Positions 12,701 through 25,178 of a DNA stretch of 64,000 nucleotides are shown here, one piece after another. The stretch spans positions 186,001 through 250,000 of the forward strand of contig NW_026857770.1 in assembly GCF_026571515.1 (NCBI RefSeq), read 5' to 3'. Position numbers and translations under genes: made by a program. The notes below the pieces were generated by a model. The model was not told the DNA's origin, ran no database searches, and saw nothing but the letters and a program-made list of their open reading frames with translations. Origin of the DNA: Ruditapes philippinarum. Lineage: Eukaryota. Position 1 is the stretch's first letter. Every line of letters begins with the position of its first letter.

Positions 12701-15700
12701 TCCAATCAAATCGTTACATTGAGATAGTTGTTTCTCACCGCTGTGGGTTCTAATCCAGCCAAGGACTTTGTATTTTAGCATGTAAGACATCTATAAATCT
12801 AGCTTATGGAACGTTGTGGTTCTACTCCGGTGCCCGTCGTGCTGGTTTAAGGTACCGAGGGGCACCTGGGGTCTTCCTCCACCTGTAAAGCTAGAAAATC
12901 AGCACATAACCTTTACAGTTTTGGTGATTTTATCACACCAAAAATAATACAAAACAAAAACGTCTACGCTGAATGTCGATACAATCTCGAAATAAAGAGG
13001 GACAAAACAGAGATCTGTGATGCATTATAATCTTACATTTGTCCAAAATTTCATGTACTGGATTTGTATAAGGAGCAAATCACTTTTGCTTTATATCGAT
13101 TATCTAAAGCTGTTACAGTATAACTTCTGACAGAGAGGCATTATGAGGAGAAACAAGTCACAATACATTTGAGCCGCGTCACGACAAAACTTACATAGTG
13201 CGTTTGCGACCAGCATGAATCCAGACCAGCCTGCGCATCCGCGCCGTCTGATCAGGATCCATGCTGTTCGCTTACCAACTCTATTACAAGTAGAGAAACT
13301 GATAGCGAACAGTATGGATCCTGATCAGACTGCGTGGATGCGCAGGCTGGTCTGGATCCATGCTGGTCGCAAACGCACAGTGTTGGTTTTGTCGTGACGC
13401 GGCTCATTTTACCTATCAAGAGCAGCACCTTTCAGCAACAACTAACATATTTGTCTCCCAAAAGATGTTGCTCTGCAGAGGATGTACTTCAATTCAAACA
13501 CGTTTCAAAAAACGTCATTAAAATCGTCATATAAGTGTTCATTGGTCATCTAAATAATTGGCAATAATTAACAACAAATAAAAATGTCTTAATAGTCTTT
13601 TTTCGTACAGAAATGAGGATAATTGGCATAAGAAAAAAATAACACTAATTTTTGTTACGTGTTTTTCACTGCACCTGGCCCCGAGGTTAGAAAGATTTTA
13701 GATCAGTCTCAAAGCTCATACCTGCCTCAACTTTGAGATCAAACTCGTGTTAGTTGAGGTTATAAAAGTTTCGAGTTTGCATTCAATCTGAATTTGAAAT
13801 CGGAGTCTCAGGTAAAAAAAAAAACCTTTCTAGGGTCTTGCCTAATACCCTCGAGTTTACAACAAACATGACTCTCCGTCATCCAGACGGTTTTTTTAAA
13901 TTCAATTCTTTTTAGACCATATATACCGAACTTTTTAACATCTAATCCTCTAGAAGATTAAGTAGATCGTAGATAAACAAACCCGACACGATCTCGTGAA
14001 TCTCACCTTCATTGCAGTGAGGTATGTCTCGGAGCACTGATCTGGTAAAGCCCCAGTCACATTAGAGCTTACGACCAGTGAAGACCAGTTCACGATCTCC
14101 AGTGACCTCTGGTCGCGGACAATCTTTAAAACGTCTTACGACGGTCATCGGTGATCTTTGACAGTCGCAGGTTATCTTATTAGGGTCCCACGACCAATTT
14201 CAGTCGTAGAGAGGTTTTTGAGCTTGCACAAAAACCTCCTTGCGATCAAACAGGTCGCTAGTGATCTTATAAGGTCTTAAGGCTGTCGCACGATGGTCGT
14301 TCGGAAGTGCGACAATCTTACGATAGTCTTTACAAATTGCCACTAGTCACTGATAATCTTAAGAAGTTTTTAGTAATCGTGTGATGGTCGTAAGACAAGT
14401 TGTAGGTGATCGCATGTTATGTCACGGGTAGTCGTAAGTAATCCCAGGCAATCTTGAGACCATCGTACGTTTACTTATGACCTGTCGTGCGATTGTCAAT
14501 GATGACTTGTCTTACGATACTCGCAAAAGTAAATTTATCTGTGCAAAAAGGGTTTTGGTCGCAGACAATCGCTGATGATCGTCAGTTTTACAAGTCGCCG
14601 GTGGTCGCAAGTAATCTTAAGCTCTAGTGTGACTGGGGTTTAAATTGTTAAATAACCTCGGGGTCAGAAGTATCAGAAACAAAAATTAACTTACAAGCAA
14701 TGTAAGGAAAACAAGTTTAGTTGTATGGATACCGAACCATATTAGATGAAAAAAGCTTAATTTGCATTTGTCATCATGCAATTTTATTGGTGAATACACA
14801 CACAGCCGAAAGACGAATGCCAATTTGTAATTGAATGGATCTGAAATTATAAAACTAGATATGTTTTATGATTCATTACAAGGCATGCGCTGCATACATA
14901 CATGGCATATTATAATATTATAATTCATGGATGTTATGATATAAACGCGGCACGCGCTGCCTACAGGAAATTCAAAAAAAGCTCAGTTTTAAAATTTAAA
15001 TTAGAAATATACCTTTACATAATGAAATACTAGAAATGCTTCAATAAAATTTTAATTAGGGTGTACATTTACCACGCCTCTTGACACCGGTTCTAGTAGG
15101 TCAGTCTTTAGTCTTTAACAGTTTTACACTTACAGTATCTAAATAATTACAAGTTAAGGTCTCATTACAGCTGCATACCTCGAGATGAATTAAATAACAA
15201 ACGTTCGACAGATATACTTTAGATTTTCAGAAATGTACTGTAAAGACTTTAAAAATTAAACTAATAAATTACATGTAATGTGTGATAAATGACAGATTAT
15301 GCATTATTCATCACCAAATTTCTATTGTGGCACTTACGCAGTAAAGATTATTTCTGCACATGTTGACCTCTTTTTTGGTAATTAACATGACCTGCGTTGT
15401 AAGTGCTGTTCGCTTTAAAATATTTTACTTTCAAAATTATTTTCAAAATTTATTCCTGACAATTAATCTGAATCTGGAGGCATGTTGCTTAAAGAAATAT
15501 AATCATATTGCATACTCATTTCTTTCCATTTGTCAAGTACATACACATGTATTAACATATATACCTGGTTCTGTCGATGGACCATTCTGCAAATAAAGTT
15601 TCTTTGTTTCTGTATTTTATGTCAGCTGTACGAGCAATGTAAATAATCATTTGAATTATTTTTATCAAATTGACACTAAAAAGACAAAATAAACAAATGC

Positions 15701-16991
15701 TTTGACGTTACACAGATCTGAACTGTACTGAGTACTGAGTTCCGTTGTTTACTAATGTCCAAAAGCTAAATGTCGACAAAGGTTTTAAAACTGTTAAACT
15801 TCTAAATCAACCAGAAACAGACATTGACATGCACTTATTCGAAATATCTTACAGATATTGTTCCATTTGCTGATAAAGTTGATTGACTGCCAGAACTCTC
15901 TGTCAAAGGCTGATGTCCAAAATCTGAAATTTTAAAACACTTCAACTAAATATTTTACTTTTTTAAAATAGGAAAATTCAAAAAGAGTGTCTGTATCATT
16001 TAAAACGTCAATTTATTTACGAAGGTCAGAAAAGTTAATATTAAATTTAGATTTATATTCTAAAATGAGATTTTATACTAAGTTTATAAATATCCGAAAT
16101 TAAGAAATTAAATTATTTAGCATTGGTGCCAGGTAAAATATATATTATGGAATCGTGAATGACTACGTGATGTGATTGCTATGAAAAGAAATCATGTGAA
16201 ACACATTTTAAAGATATGTGCTTTACTTACCCGTTGGAGTTGATGGATTTGCCTATAATACATGTGTTAAAAGGCATATTTTGAAACTTTATAATCAGAA
16301 TGGTAAAATTTATTAAAAGATAGATTTTATTCTTATAATCACACTACCCTTTTCTTTAAAAATATTCTTAATGTTTTTTTTTTTACAAGTTATGGTCAAT
16401 ATAGTTAAACGTAAATAAGATCTCAAAAAAAAAACAATCACACATCATTTAGCACTACCACCATAGTAAATCTTTTTCTAGACTTTGTCATAATCTATTT
16501 TGTTTGATTTAGATGATGTCAATCAAAGAAAGATTAACCTGTTTATTCTCAATTTAAATAGCCAATACAAATATTGTATACAAATGTACGATTCCAATAT
16601 TCGATACAAATATAAGATTTAAATACATGTCTACGATTCAACAGTTTATTAAATATTCTCAAATTTGATGTCAAATACAAATATTATATGCAAATATACT
16701 AAACATATATATTTTATACAAAAATATATATAACAAGTTCCGATACAAATATTCATTACTAATATATTTTACCAATTCAAGCTGTAAATATTCGCCAAAA
16801 TATGAATTGTATCAGTTAGAAATGCTCTATGATAACATTAAATGTTAGTATGCTTTTACCTCAGGATCAGTTGAGGTTCCAAAAGTTTCCATTTCATTAG
16901 ATTCAGTAACATGTGTCATCTCCTCTGTACGGCCTGCACTTGATAATGATTGACCAACTGAATGACTGCTTGACTCGTCGATATCCGCCAT
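3765..16991 (-). CDS. Divergent mucolipin (TRPML)-like cation channel, 18 coding exons; possibly disrupted (pseudogene or consensus errors)
   Basis: Phase-consistent exons: 16860-16991, 16231-16252, 15853-15923, 15565-15586, 14695-14840, 12483-12579, 12182-12276, 11302-11431, 10864-10987, 10234-10324, 9335-9425, 8759-8981, 8298-8400, 7919-8050, 6692-6814, 5334-5551, 4964-5029, 3765-3896. The translation follows TRPML order: pre-S1/S1 (VYSPIKL..TKLVFLTLL), luminal YPPAHGQFASYT, S3 (NVQWWNVICVTGDCLT), S4 (LGLGCLLTWFSYARFI), S5 (FVGFWSCSYIVLGPYHIKF), pore (AETLFSMSQGDEIFATF), S6 (LIALFNSAYEVVK). Lesions: TGA at 8773-8775, two +1 shifts in exon 5334-5551, GA donor at 12180-12181. Confidence 0.85.
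12730..12930 (+). mobile_element. Decayed tRNA-derived SINE
   Basis: B-box-like gggttctaatcc followed by ctagcttatggaacg...ggttctactc...ggggcacctggggtcttcctccacc. A related inverted copy lies at 21355-21520. Confidence 0.6.
13170..13406. mobile_element. Palindromic MITE in mucolipin intron
   Basis: About 100-bp inverted arms: tgagccgcgtcacgacaaaac...gttttgtcgtgacgcggctca. Confidence 0.85.
13675..14667. mobile_element. TIR element (outer) hosting a nested MITE
   Basis: Inverted termini ctggccccgaggtta and taacctcggggtcag. Confidence 0.6.
14049..14640. mobile_element. PIF/Harbinger-like MITE nested in 13675-14667
   Basis: TIRs agccccagtcacattagagctta and taagctctagtgtgactggggtt. TAA at both flanks (14046-14048 and 14641-14643). 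Confidence 0.75.
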
Positions 16992-17739
16992 CCCTGTATT
17001 CGAGTGTTAATATCCTAAATCTGAAAATTTATTCAAATGAATCGATGTGTGTGGATTGTTGAATTGGAGGTGCGAATAAACTTTTGAGTTGTACGCTATG
17101 CTTTGTCGATACGCAAGTCTGTCATTCATCACTTACTATCATCAAATAACCGACTCAATCATACAGTGCCTTTAAAATTTTCATTTTGACCATGTTGGAC
17201 TGAAGTCTTTGGAAGTTACGATTGAAAAATATTGCAAATATACACTGTTAATTCCACCAAAAAGGTTATTAAAAATAGTGTTCGAGAAACGGCAGTTTTA
17301 TTTATGTGTTTTATGGAGTATCCCATAGCAATTAAGCCGCAATACACAGTGACTGTAAAATTATTGTTTAAGATTATTGAATTAAAGTACTTCAGACATT
17401 TAATAATTCTGTTCTTATAAATATACACAATATGCTTATAGAGGATTCTGATATAAAAAAAACTATGTTTCAGCGAACACACATGACTTGTAAAATAAAA
17501 ATCAAGGAATATCTTATGTTTGGTTTCAACAAAATTATATAGTAAATATTATAGGGTTATTACATATTGTTACATGCAATACTGAATTATTCTGACAGTT
17601 AAACCGTTGTCAAGCGCATAAGCCTAGCCTACTATATGTTTTCAGTTATGTACCAGTGCTATAGTGTTTATCTCGCTTGGATAAAAAACAAGGGAAACTT
17701 CTCTTACCATTGTTATTTATATTGTTCGATCAATAATGT

Positions 17740-17930
17740 AAGTAATATTATTCATTTATCGAAACTTACTAATAAGGACATCAATTTGAAGTATGTGTAT
17801 TTGTTTCTACATGTATTTGCAAATGATATTGCTTTATTTACAACCAACCCGAATTATCTCCAAAACCAGTTTGATAACCTTTATGATTATTCTAGGAAAT
17901 GAGGATTACAACTAAGTGTTAATAGAATTT
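17740..17930 (+). mobile_element. Old LINE RT remnant
   Basis: LFLHVFANDIALFTTNPNYLQNQFDNLYDYSRK*GLQLSVN resembles the YADD region of non-LTR reverse transcriptases. Confidence 0.5.
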
Positions 17931-20108
17931 AAATTTGGCAATAATTATTTTTCTATGCAATACTGTTGCCAATGTTACAGTTTTAAGACAGCGCTTGTTA
18001 TGTGTTCTTAGCATTATTCTGTAGTTAATATATTTATTTCAGTGTTTATACATGTAGTTTAGTATATAAAATAAGACTTCCACTATAATACAGTCTTTAT
18101 TAACATATTATATACCATTTATACATACATGTATATCTGAAAAGGACACAAGATAAGTAATAGAAAGAGCATCGAAACAAGAGGTTATCTTATTTGTACG
18201 AAGGGGGCATAGCCCCCGAGTATTAATCAGGTTTGCGAGTGTTTTGATGTTCATTCTCTTTTGTATCATAGTCAAACATAAAAGCACTTCCATGTTGTCA
18301 CAATATGAAACCCCGGGAAAAGTTACCAATGAAAGAGCATCTGAATATGATGTCTCTATCGCTATCCCTTTCTCAGCCGTCACAATAAGTAAACCCAAAA
18401 AAGAGCCAATCAATATGATAAATGCTTAAAATTAAACCAAACCAAAGGCATGCACTTATCTTTTGTCATTGCTCTGTATAATTAAGAAGTACCTTAAAAC
18501 ACAGTTGTCTTTGTTTTACTCCATAGCTTGAAGTCTAAGGGATTTATGATTGTTAAGAAAGTTGAAAAATACTCCTAAAACATGGTAAACAAGATCTACA
18601 TGGAAAGTCGACGTTCGATAAGCGCAAACCCACACGACCTAGCATCTAGTACCAGCGGCCAGGTGCCCAGGAGGACCCCAAACAAACAAAAATGAATAAT
18701 ATATAGAGAGAATTGTTTAATTTGCCAAGTTTCAATAACAATGAGATAAAATGTGTGTTAGATAATTAGGACATTTTAGGAGCCATTTATAGAACATTAA
18801 AACGTTGGTACCATTTATTGTTTGACAATATGAAAAGTTGAACAATCATGAAATAACCAATATGTAAAAGACTTGGATAATATATTCGAAAAATCAGACT
18901 TAGTAATTCTACTAAATACAATTCAAAATTGTATTTATGTATGAAAATTATTTACATGCTGTTAAATATGATTCACATAGAAAAGAACTGTCTGATTTAA
19001 AACCAGGCTCTCATTCTATTGAAGATATGCTGGCTCCGATAAAAAAAGAATACGCTCGTATGTTAACTTTGTTCTTATTTTGTTGAATCCGAATATCACT
19101 TTTTTGTTATTCTGCCCCAACTATAGACAATCTTTAGCAAAATTAATTATCGCCTTGCATGTTTGAATAAAATTTGTAAAAACATATTACTAGTCGTAAT
19201 ACTCGCTCAAATTCTTGTTTTTTTTTTTTATTAAAAATGTTAGCATTGTTATTTATTCACTCTTACTAACATTTTTAATTAGTAATGTCAAACAATAACA
19301 ATACCTCTTAAATACACGTTATGTACTATGCTTATTATTTTACATGCGTATTTTGATCTTAGTGAAATTAAATTTCAAGCCCCTTCGTCTTATATGCATA
19401 AATCCGCAATAGGGTTTTTCGCGAAATCAAGCTCACACGAATAATATGATAATATACGTACGATAAATGCATGTACATATAACTATATAGATAAAGCGTG
19501 CTGAAGATTTCCCCCCTTGACACTTATAATCCTTTAATTCACTTATTAATAGATAAAATTTAGATAAAAGTGTCTGCAGATAAAATCTTTCTGAAAATTC
19601 GCTTTATCTCAAAATCAAAATATGTATATTATCAACAACGCATTTTGGTTACGCATTCAGTCAGCTTTTCGGCACATATAAACGTTAACAAGAGAAAAAA
19701 AAATGTCTATCTTCTTAAACATATTATGATAATTAAATGAACGGTTTATGATATTGTAAAACTACAGAAAAAATTTTAGACTTTTCAACCCAAGGAGTTT
19801 GCCCAACGGTCTTGTTTTCAATTTCAAGTCGTAAGTGGGTTTCAGTCAGAATTTGGGGATGCATAAATAAGTCAGAATGAGCCAGGTCATGTGACAAAAT
19901 ACAAGATTACTCTTACTTTAGTCAATAAAGAGAAATGATATACACAATAGATTAATGGACAATTTAACTTAGCTATAATACAAAATAAAATATAAATAAA
20001 CGCTTGCATTAATCTGCAGAAAACGATATATTACGGTGTAAGTAGAAAAATATCAGACTTGTTAAAAAAATATCGGAGGTAAAGATTCCAGCCGAGGTTC
20101 TAAGTATA

Positions 20109-20222
20109 GGTTACAGTTCATATTGGGTGTTGTTCGTAAATAAGAAAGCTAAAAAGAAGCGGAGCGTGCAAGGCGACTGTAGCTTTCTTATTTACGAAGA
20201 ACATCCAATATGCACTCTAACC
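20109..20222. repeat. Short hairpin / MITE remnant
   Basis: Inverted arms catattgggtgttgttcgtaaataagaaagcta and tagctttcttatttacgaagaacatccaatatg. Confidence 0.65.
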
Positions 20223-21137
20223 GGCTTAGTGCTCCGCCCACTTGCGTTTTATAATATAAAACGTCCAGTTTATATGAAATATGTTCTATGAAGATTTGAA
20301 ACCTGAAAATTTGAAAAATCCTCGTCGGTGATTTGCTTAAAAAAATTGGCGAGCTCTAAAGACTGATAATTGTACCTCTTTTTTAAGCTCTCCAATTCAT
20401 TTTGATAAACATTATATATTAATCGTCCTCGTGTTTATGTGTATTTATGATAATATATTTGAGTTTAAATTTAAGTCTGTTCGTGATTTTGTCTTTAGAG
20501 TAAACGCTGTATTTCAAGATACAAAAAAGCTTGCTTTAAAGACAGAAAGGTAAAGTAATTTTTTAAAGCAATATTTCAAGTGTAAAAATAATCATTACAT
20601 TGAATGTAATAGAATTTGATTATTTTATTAAAACAGTGCGAATTGCATTGGCATAGTTTTCACTGATCTATGTTATTTGTACACGTGTTTCAAACAATGC
20701 AAGATAAATCTAAACGGACCTTCCTGTTCTGAAAATACTATAACAAAATATTCTTACAAATTTAGATTTGGAAATATAAAATTAATACTTACAGAATGCC
20801 TTACGCCACTAGTGATATAACCTACTGTTTGAAATAATAATCCTTAATATTTACTTGGTATATCTCAAAAGATTTCGGTATACTAGCCATTTATCTTCAT
20901 TGATAATATCATGTCGTGTAACTTAACAAAAATGATGAAGATTACGTTATGATGTTATTTGGAATAGATTATATTTTTGTAAATAGGGAAGCGTCACATG
21001 AAATACTAATAAGAAAATCATTTTTCCTATTTAAAGGCCCAGTTAGGCCCAAAAAATGTTTTGTGTTTTGATTTTGCAATAGCTAAAAAGGTCTCATTTC
21101 CATTTCAGTGACCAATCAAAGTTTCTTAATTTTCTTA

Positions 21138-21270
21138 ATCAGTTTCTCTACTTGAAATAGAGTTGGTAAACGAACAGCATGGATTCTGATCAGACTGTGC
21201 GGATGCGCAGGCTGGTCTGGATCCATGCTTGTCGCAAACCCTTATGTTGGCTTTGTCATGACACGGCTCA
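21138..21270. mobile_element. Half copy of the same palindromic MITE family
   Basis: Matches the loop and one arm of 13170-13406 (gatcagactg...gcgcaggctggtctggatccatgc...cggctca). Confidence 0.8.
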
Positions 21271-21354
21271 TATGATCCATACTTATTCAGTGATTCAGAA
21301 AAGACATCGGTGAACATTTTACAGTTAGCACATTACATTTTATGGTAATGAAAG

Positions 21355-21520
21355 TTCTCAGTGCGTTTTTCATGCACGAACCGGTAACTGAGTAGAACCA
21401 TCAATTTTCCGTAGGCTAGCTGGATAACATCCTCACATGAAAGAATCTAAAGTCTCTGGCGGGATTCGAACCGACATCGGTGATGGGAAAGTGGTTTGAA
21501 ATCAACGAACTTTACCGCTA
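21355..21520 (-). mobile_element. tRNA-derived SINE (same family as 12730-12930)
   Basis: The reverse complement reads ggttcgaatcccgccagagactttagattctttcatgtgagg...ccagctagcctacgg...ggttctactcag. Confidence 0.65.
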
Positions 21521-22156
21521 TTGAAATATTTCCAAAAATAACCCACACGTGATAGGTTTTTCTCTTGTTTATTTTATTCACTAATCTTTAATCTATTTTA
21601 CGCTATTTTTTAAACTTTTTTGTATTTTAATTGTTCTTTTATATTGTAAAGCAAATTGGCAACGTATAATTATTCATAAAGTTGAACAATGTCAAGATTA
21701 AATCACCATTTAGAGCATGTCATATAATATTGGAAAAATATAAAGGAGTGACTATCAAGTTTCAAAATTTAAAGTTTAAGTGTGTACTGCTGGTAAGGAC
21801 GGGGCCATTTTTAATTACTTATCCTAAAAAGAATAATACTTTAGAAGGACATTAAAGGCAAATTTAAATTTCATAAAAACTGTGGGGAAATGTTGAATAC
21901 TTCTAAGATATAGCCAAATATATTGGATTTTCGGATATGAGTAAAGAAGGTGAGAGTGTATAGATTTTTTATAATTTTTGATATCCTAATACAGTAAACC
22001 TTCATTTTAACATAAGAAAATAGTTTTGTCGTATTAAATTTCATTTGATTCAATTGGTCGTAAATAAAATAGGAAGGCATTGAACTTTTCGTGCTATTAA
22101 GAACGATTGTAGTAGGTATCCTGAACCAGGACTCGCACGAATTGTTTGAGGGGGTG

Positions 22157-22292
22157 GTTGTTTTGTTGTTTTTGTTGTTGTTGTTGTTGGTGGTGGTTTT
22201 GTCTTTTTTATTTGTTGTTTTTGTTGATGTTTTTGTTTGTTTGTTTGTTTGTTTGTTTGTTTGTTTGTTTGTTTGTTTGTTTGTTTGTTTTT
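22157..22292. repeat. (TTG)n/(TTTG)n microsatellite
   Basis: Seen directly in the sequence. Confidence 0.9.
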
Positions 22293-22475
22293 TCTTCCAA
22301 CCGTATATTAAAAGTTTTTTAAAAATTGAATTGTTAACATACATTTGTCATTGAACTATCTGTCAACGTTCTGTTATTACAATGTTGCGTTTAAACGCTT
22401 TATTTTTTTTTGTTTTTTTTCCCCAAACAAAATTGTATATCTTTGATTTAATCATTGTATTCTTTGCAATTCAAG

Positions 22476-25178
22476 GTGACAAAAGGAAGTCTGCACTTGA
22501 ACGACTGAAAGTGTTAGCAGGGTTGTTTGTGGTACTCAGCATTATTATAATGATTTGTGCGGGATTAGGCACCACTTACCGTGACAAGGATGCTTTTGGA
22601 CCGCCGTATTATATTGGTGGATTTATTGTCGGACCATTGGTTAGTCTCGCTATTTATTTATCTGTCTGTCCGTCCGTCCGTCCGTCTGCCTGTCTATCTA
22701 TGTGAGCTTCATTCTGTCCATGATCCTAGTATAAAAAGAAAGAAATCACATAAACTTACTGGTTAATGTGGTTATCTTACTAGTTTATGTGAAAAAGTGT
22801 CACATAGATATATAAAAAAAATAGTTCATTAATCCCAAATGTTGGCATGTCCGTTTGTCCGTCTGTCTATCTTTAAAGATCCTGTAAGACACATTGTTTA
22901 TGGTTTTATATCATAAATATGATGCTCAGATTAAGTTTTAAGTTTAAATCAGCTTTTGATCAAAGCTACATTTTAGTCAGATTTCTAGGTATTTCTAACT
23001 CACATCTCTTTGAAAGTGTATGTGTTTTGACTGATTCAGTTTCTTGATTTTCTCCAACAGGCCTTTCTTGCAGCATTGTTGTTGGTGATTTCCTTAATGG
23101 GATCAATGGGTAAATCTGTTGAGGATGACCAATGGACAGAATTAGCTCCCAGGGTAAGTATGTGCCTGGATGATCACGCCAGTTTTATTGTTTTTCTTTT
23201 TTATCCTGTCCTTATTTTTGGGGGATATGGGTGATTTCAAATTGAATAAGACTTCTTTCAATCGTTAAGTACATATTTTTTGAAAAATTGAAAATAAAGT
23301 ATATTAACATGCATTTGTCGCTATATCATTTATCAGTGTTATTACTAATGTTATTAATTATTATTAATGTATGTCGAGTTGAGACTAACGGAATATAGAG
23401 CTTTTCACATTACGATATCTCCTTAGAAACGGAAGTATTATTTCGCGCATCCTTCGTAGGGCAGTAAAGCAAGAACGAAGGAAATTTTTTATTGGTATTC
23501 AACAATTCCATAAACAATTTGATCTCATCCAAATTAAAAGACCAATATGAACAAAGAATAGAAGCTAATATCCGATGATAAAGTGAATATATGTAATTAA
23601 TCTAATTTTTACTGCATTTATGCATGTATAACAGTAATTTGGCATGACTTAATTTTGTAAGCTTTGGCATGTAAGTCTGCAGTATGTGAATAAAGTATAC
23701 ATAAAAAAGACTATGTCATTCAAAGCTTGAAACATTGAATATCTGTTGAGAGTGTACACAGGTAATTTGAGCGAACAAAATAAATAAATTATCAACAATA
23801 AATAATGAAACCTACGAAGATCCAATTTTACGTGCTTAGATGAATTTATATTTTAACACTGTTCGTATTATGTACAAACAAGGCATTTAAATTACCTTCT
23901 TAAAAGAAAGAAACTATGTTAATGTGTGATCTTTGAATCTAAATTAGCATTTTGTTTGTTGATTCGGGCTTGTTTTTCTGCTAGTTTGCAAAATCATTCA
24001 ACTAGGGCGTTTTAGTACCGTGACAAAGTGAATATTGTTAATTTAAATTATGATAGTAATAATTATTGATATATACAAGTTCAAAGGCACTAAAAGATCA
24101 TATTAATCGTAATTTAAATGACTTTTGCTTATCAATTTCAAAAGCTAGCTTACAGAAGGACAGTGTTTCTACTCTGGTAACCTTTCCTTGTGTGATTTAA
24201 TGGACAAAGTTAACTGAGGTCTTCTTCCACCAATATACTGGGTATCTTTAAAGTCGGCATATGGCATTTACAGTTTTTGCAAAAAGTACATTTATTATTT
24301 ACAATCACAATTTGTATAATTTGAATGTATATCATGTATATGTGTATTGGCTGGTGGCCATATATCGCAAATAAAAGTATAAAATTTAACACAAATGATG
24401 TATACCAAAATGTTATGCTGTACATGTAACACACACTTAACCTTACTTTCACAAACATTGGTCTATCAATTTAGGTATGTTGGTATTATCTTCTTAGATA
24501 TACAAAAGAATCACTCATATTTGATTAACCTATCATTCGGATAACGTAAACGATTTGAATACATCTATATTATTTTATTGTTTCTATTTTTAGCTATCTT
24601 GTCAATATGCACTATCGACGCTCCTTATTCCTGGGTGTTTCATTGGGTGTATTTTTACTGGTATCTGGGGTTTAAATTCCGATGAGGATGAGGAAAATAG
24701 CCAAACGAACAAAAATATTGCTATTATCATACTGACAGCAATTATTTGTGTTTTTGTGGTAACCATCATTTCGATGGGCACGATTCGATCGTATGGTAAA
24801 TACTTCGGTGTAATCATAGACAAAAGAGGCAGACAGACAGTTTTTGTGTCAAACAATACATCTGATAATGGAGCTGGCGTTGGTAGAGCCAATCAAAGTT
24901 CTAGTGGTGTGGTAGTTCATAACAATATGAACATCTTCTCGACCGATACAAACCAGCAACATGTCAGTCAACTTGAAAGGGAGAACAGACTTTTGCAACA
25001 ACAACTTGCTTTACAGCAACAAATGATGTCACAACAAAGGCAACAGCAACAACAGTTTACAGGGGGCATGTATCCACCCCCGCCGCCGTCTTATTCCGAC
25101 ACGGATCCGGCATACCCACCAACTGCGTCATTTCCTGGCCCAAGTGCACCCCCACCCCCATACTCTAAGGGCGTATAA
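22476..25178 (+). CDS. Four-TM membrane protein (MS4A/CD20-like topology) with Gln-rich coiled-coil and PPxY/PSAP C-terminal tail; start exon not located
   Basis: AG/GT-bounded in-frame exons 22476-22639, 23061-23153 and 24594-25178. Four hydrophobic segments: VLAGLFVVLSIIIMICAGLG; IGGFIVGPLAFLAALLLVISLM; ALSTLLIPGCFIGCIFTGIWGL; IAIIILTAIICVFVVTIISM. Tail reads QLERENRLLQQQLALQQQ...PPPPPSY...PSAPPPPY. Confidence 0.8.

Noticed and set aside
13215-13534. ORFs MNPDQPAHPRR... and MDAQAGLDP...
   Set aside because: Chance frames in a palindromic MITE.
21871-22354. Long ORFs with QTNK repeats or poly-hydrophobic stretches
   Set aside because: They are translations of the (TTTG)n microsatellite.
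24602-24892. Antisense ORFs over real exons (also 27652-27849, 38916-39300, 57445-57642, 60937-61250)
   Set aside because: Shadow ORFs on the opposite strand of supported coding or LINE sequence.
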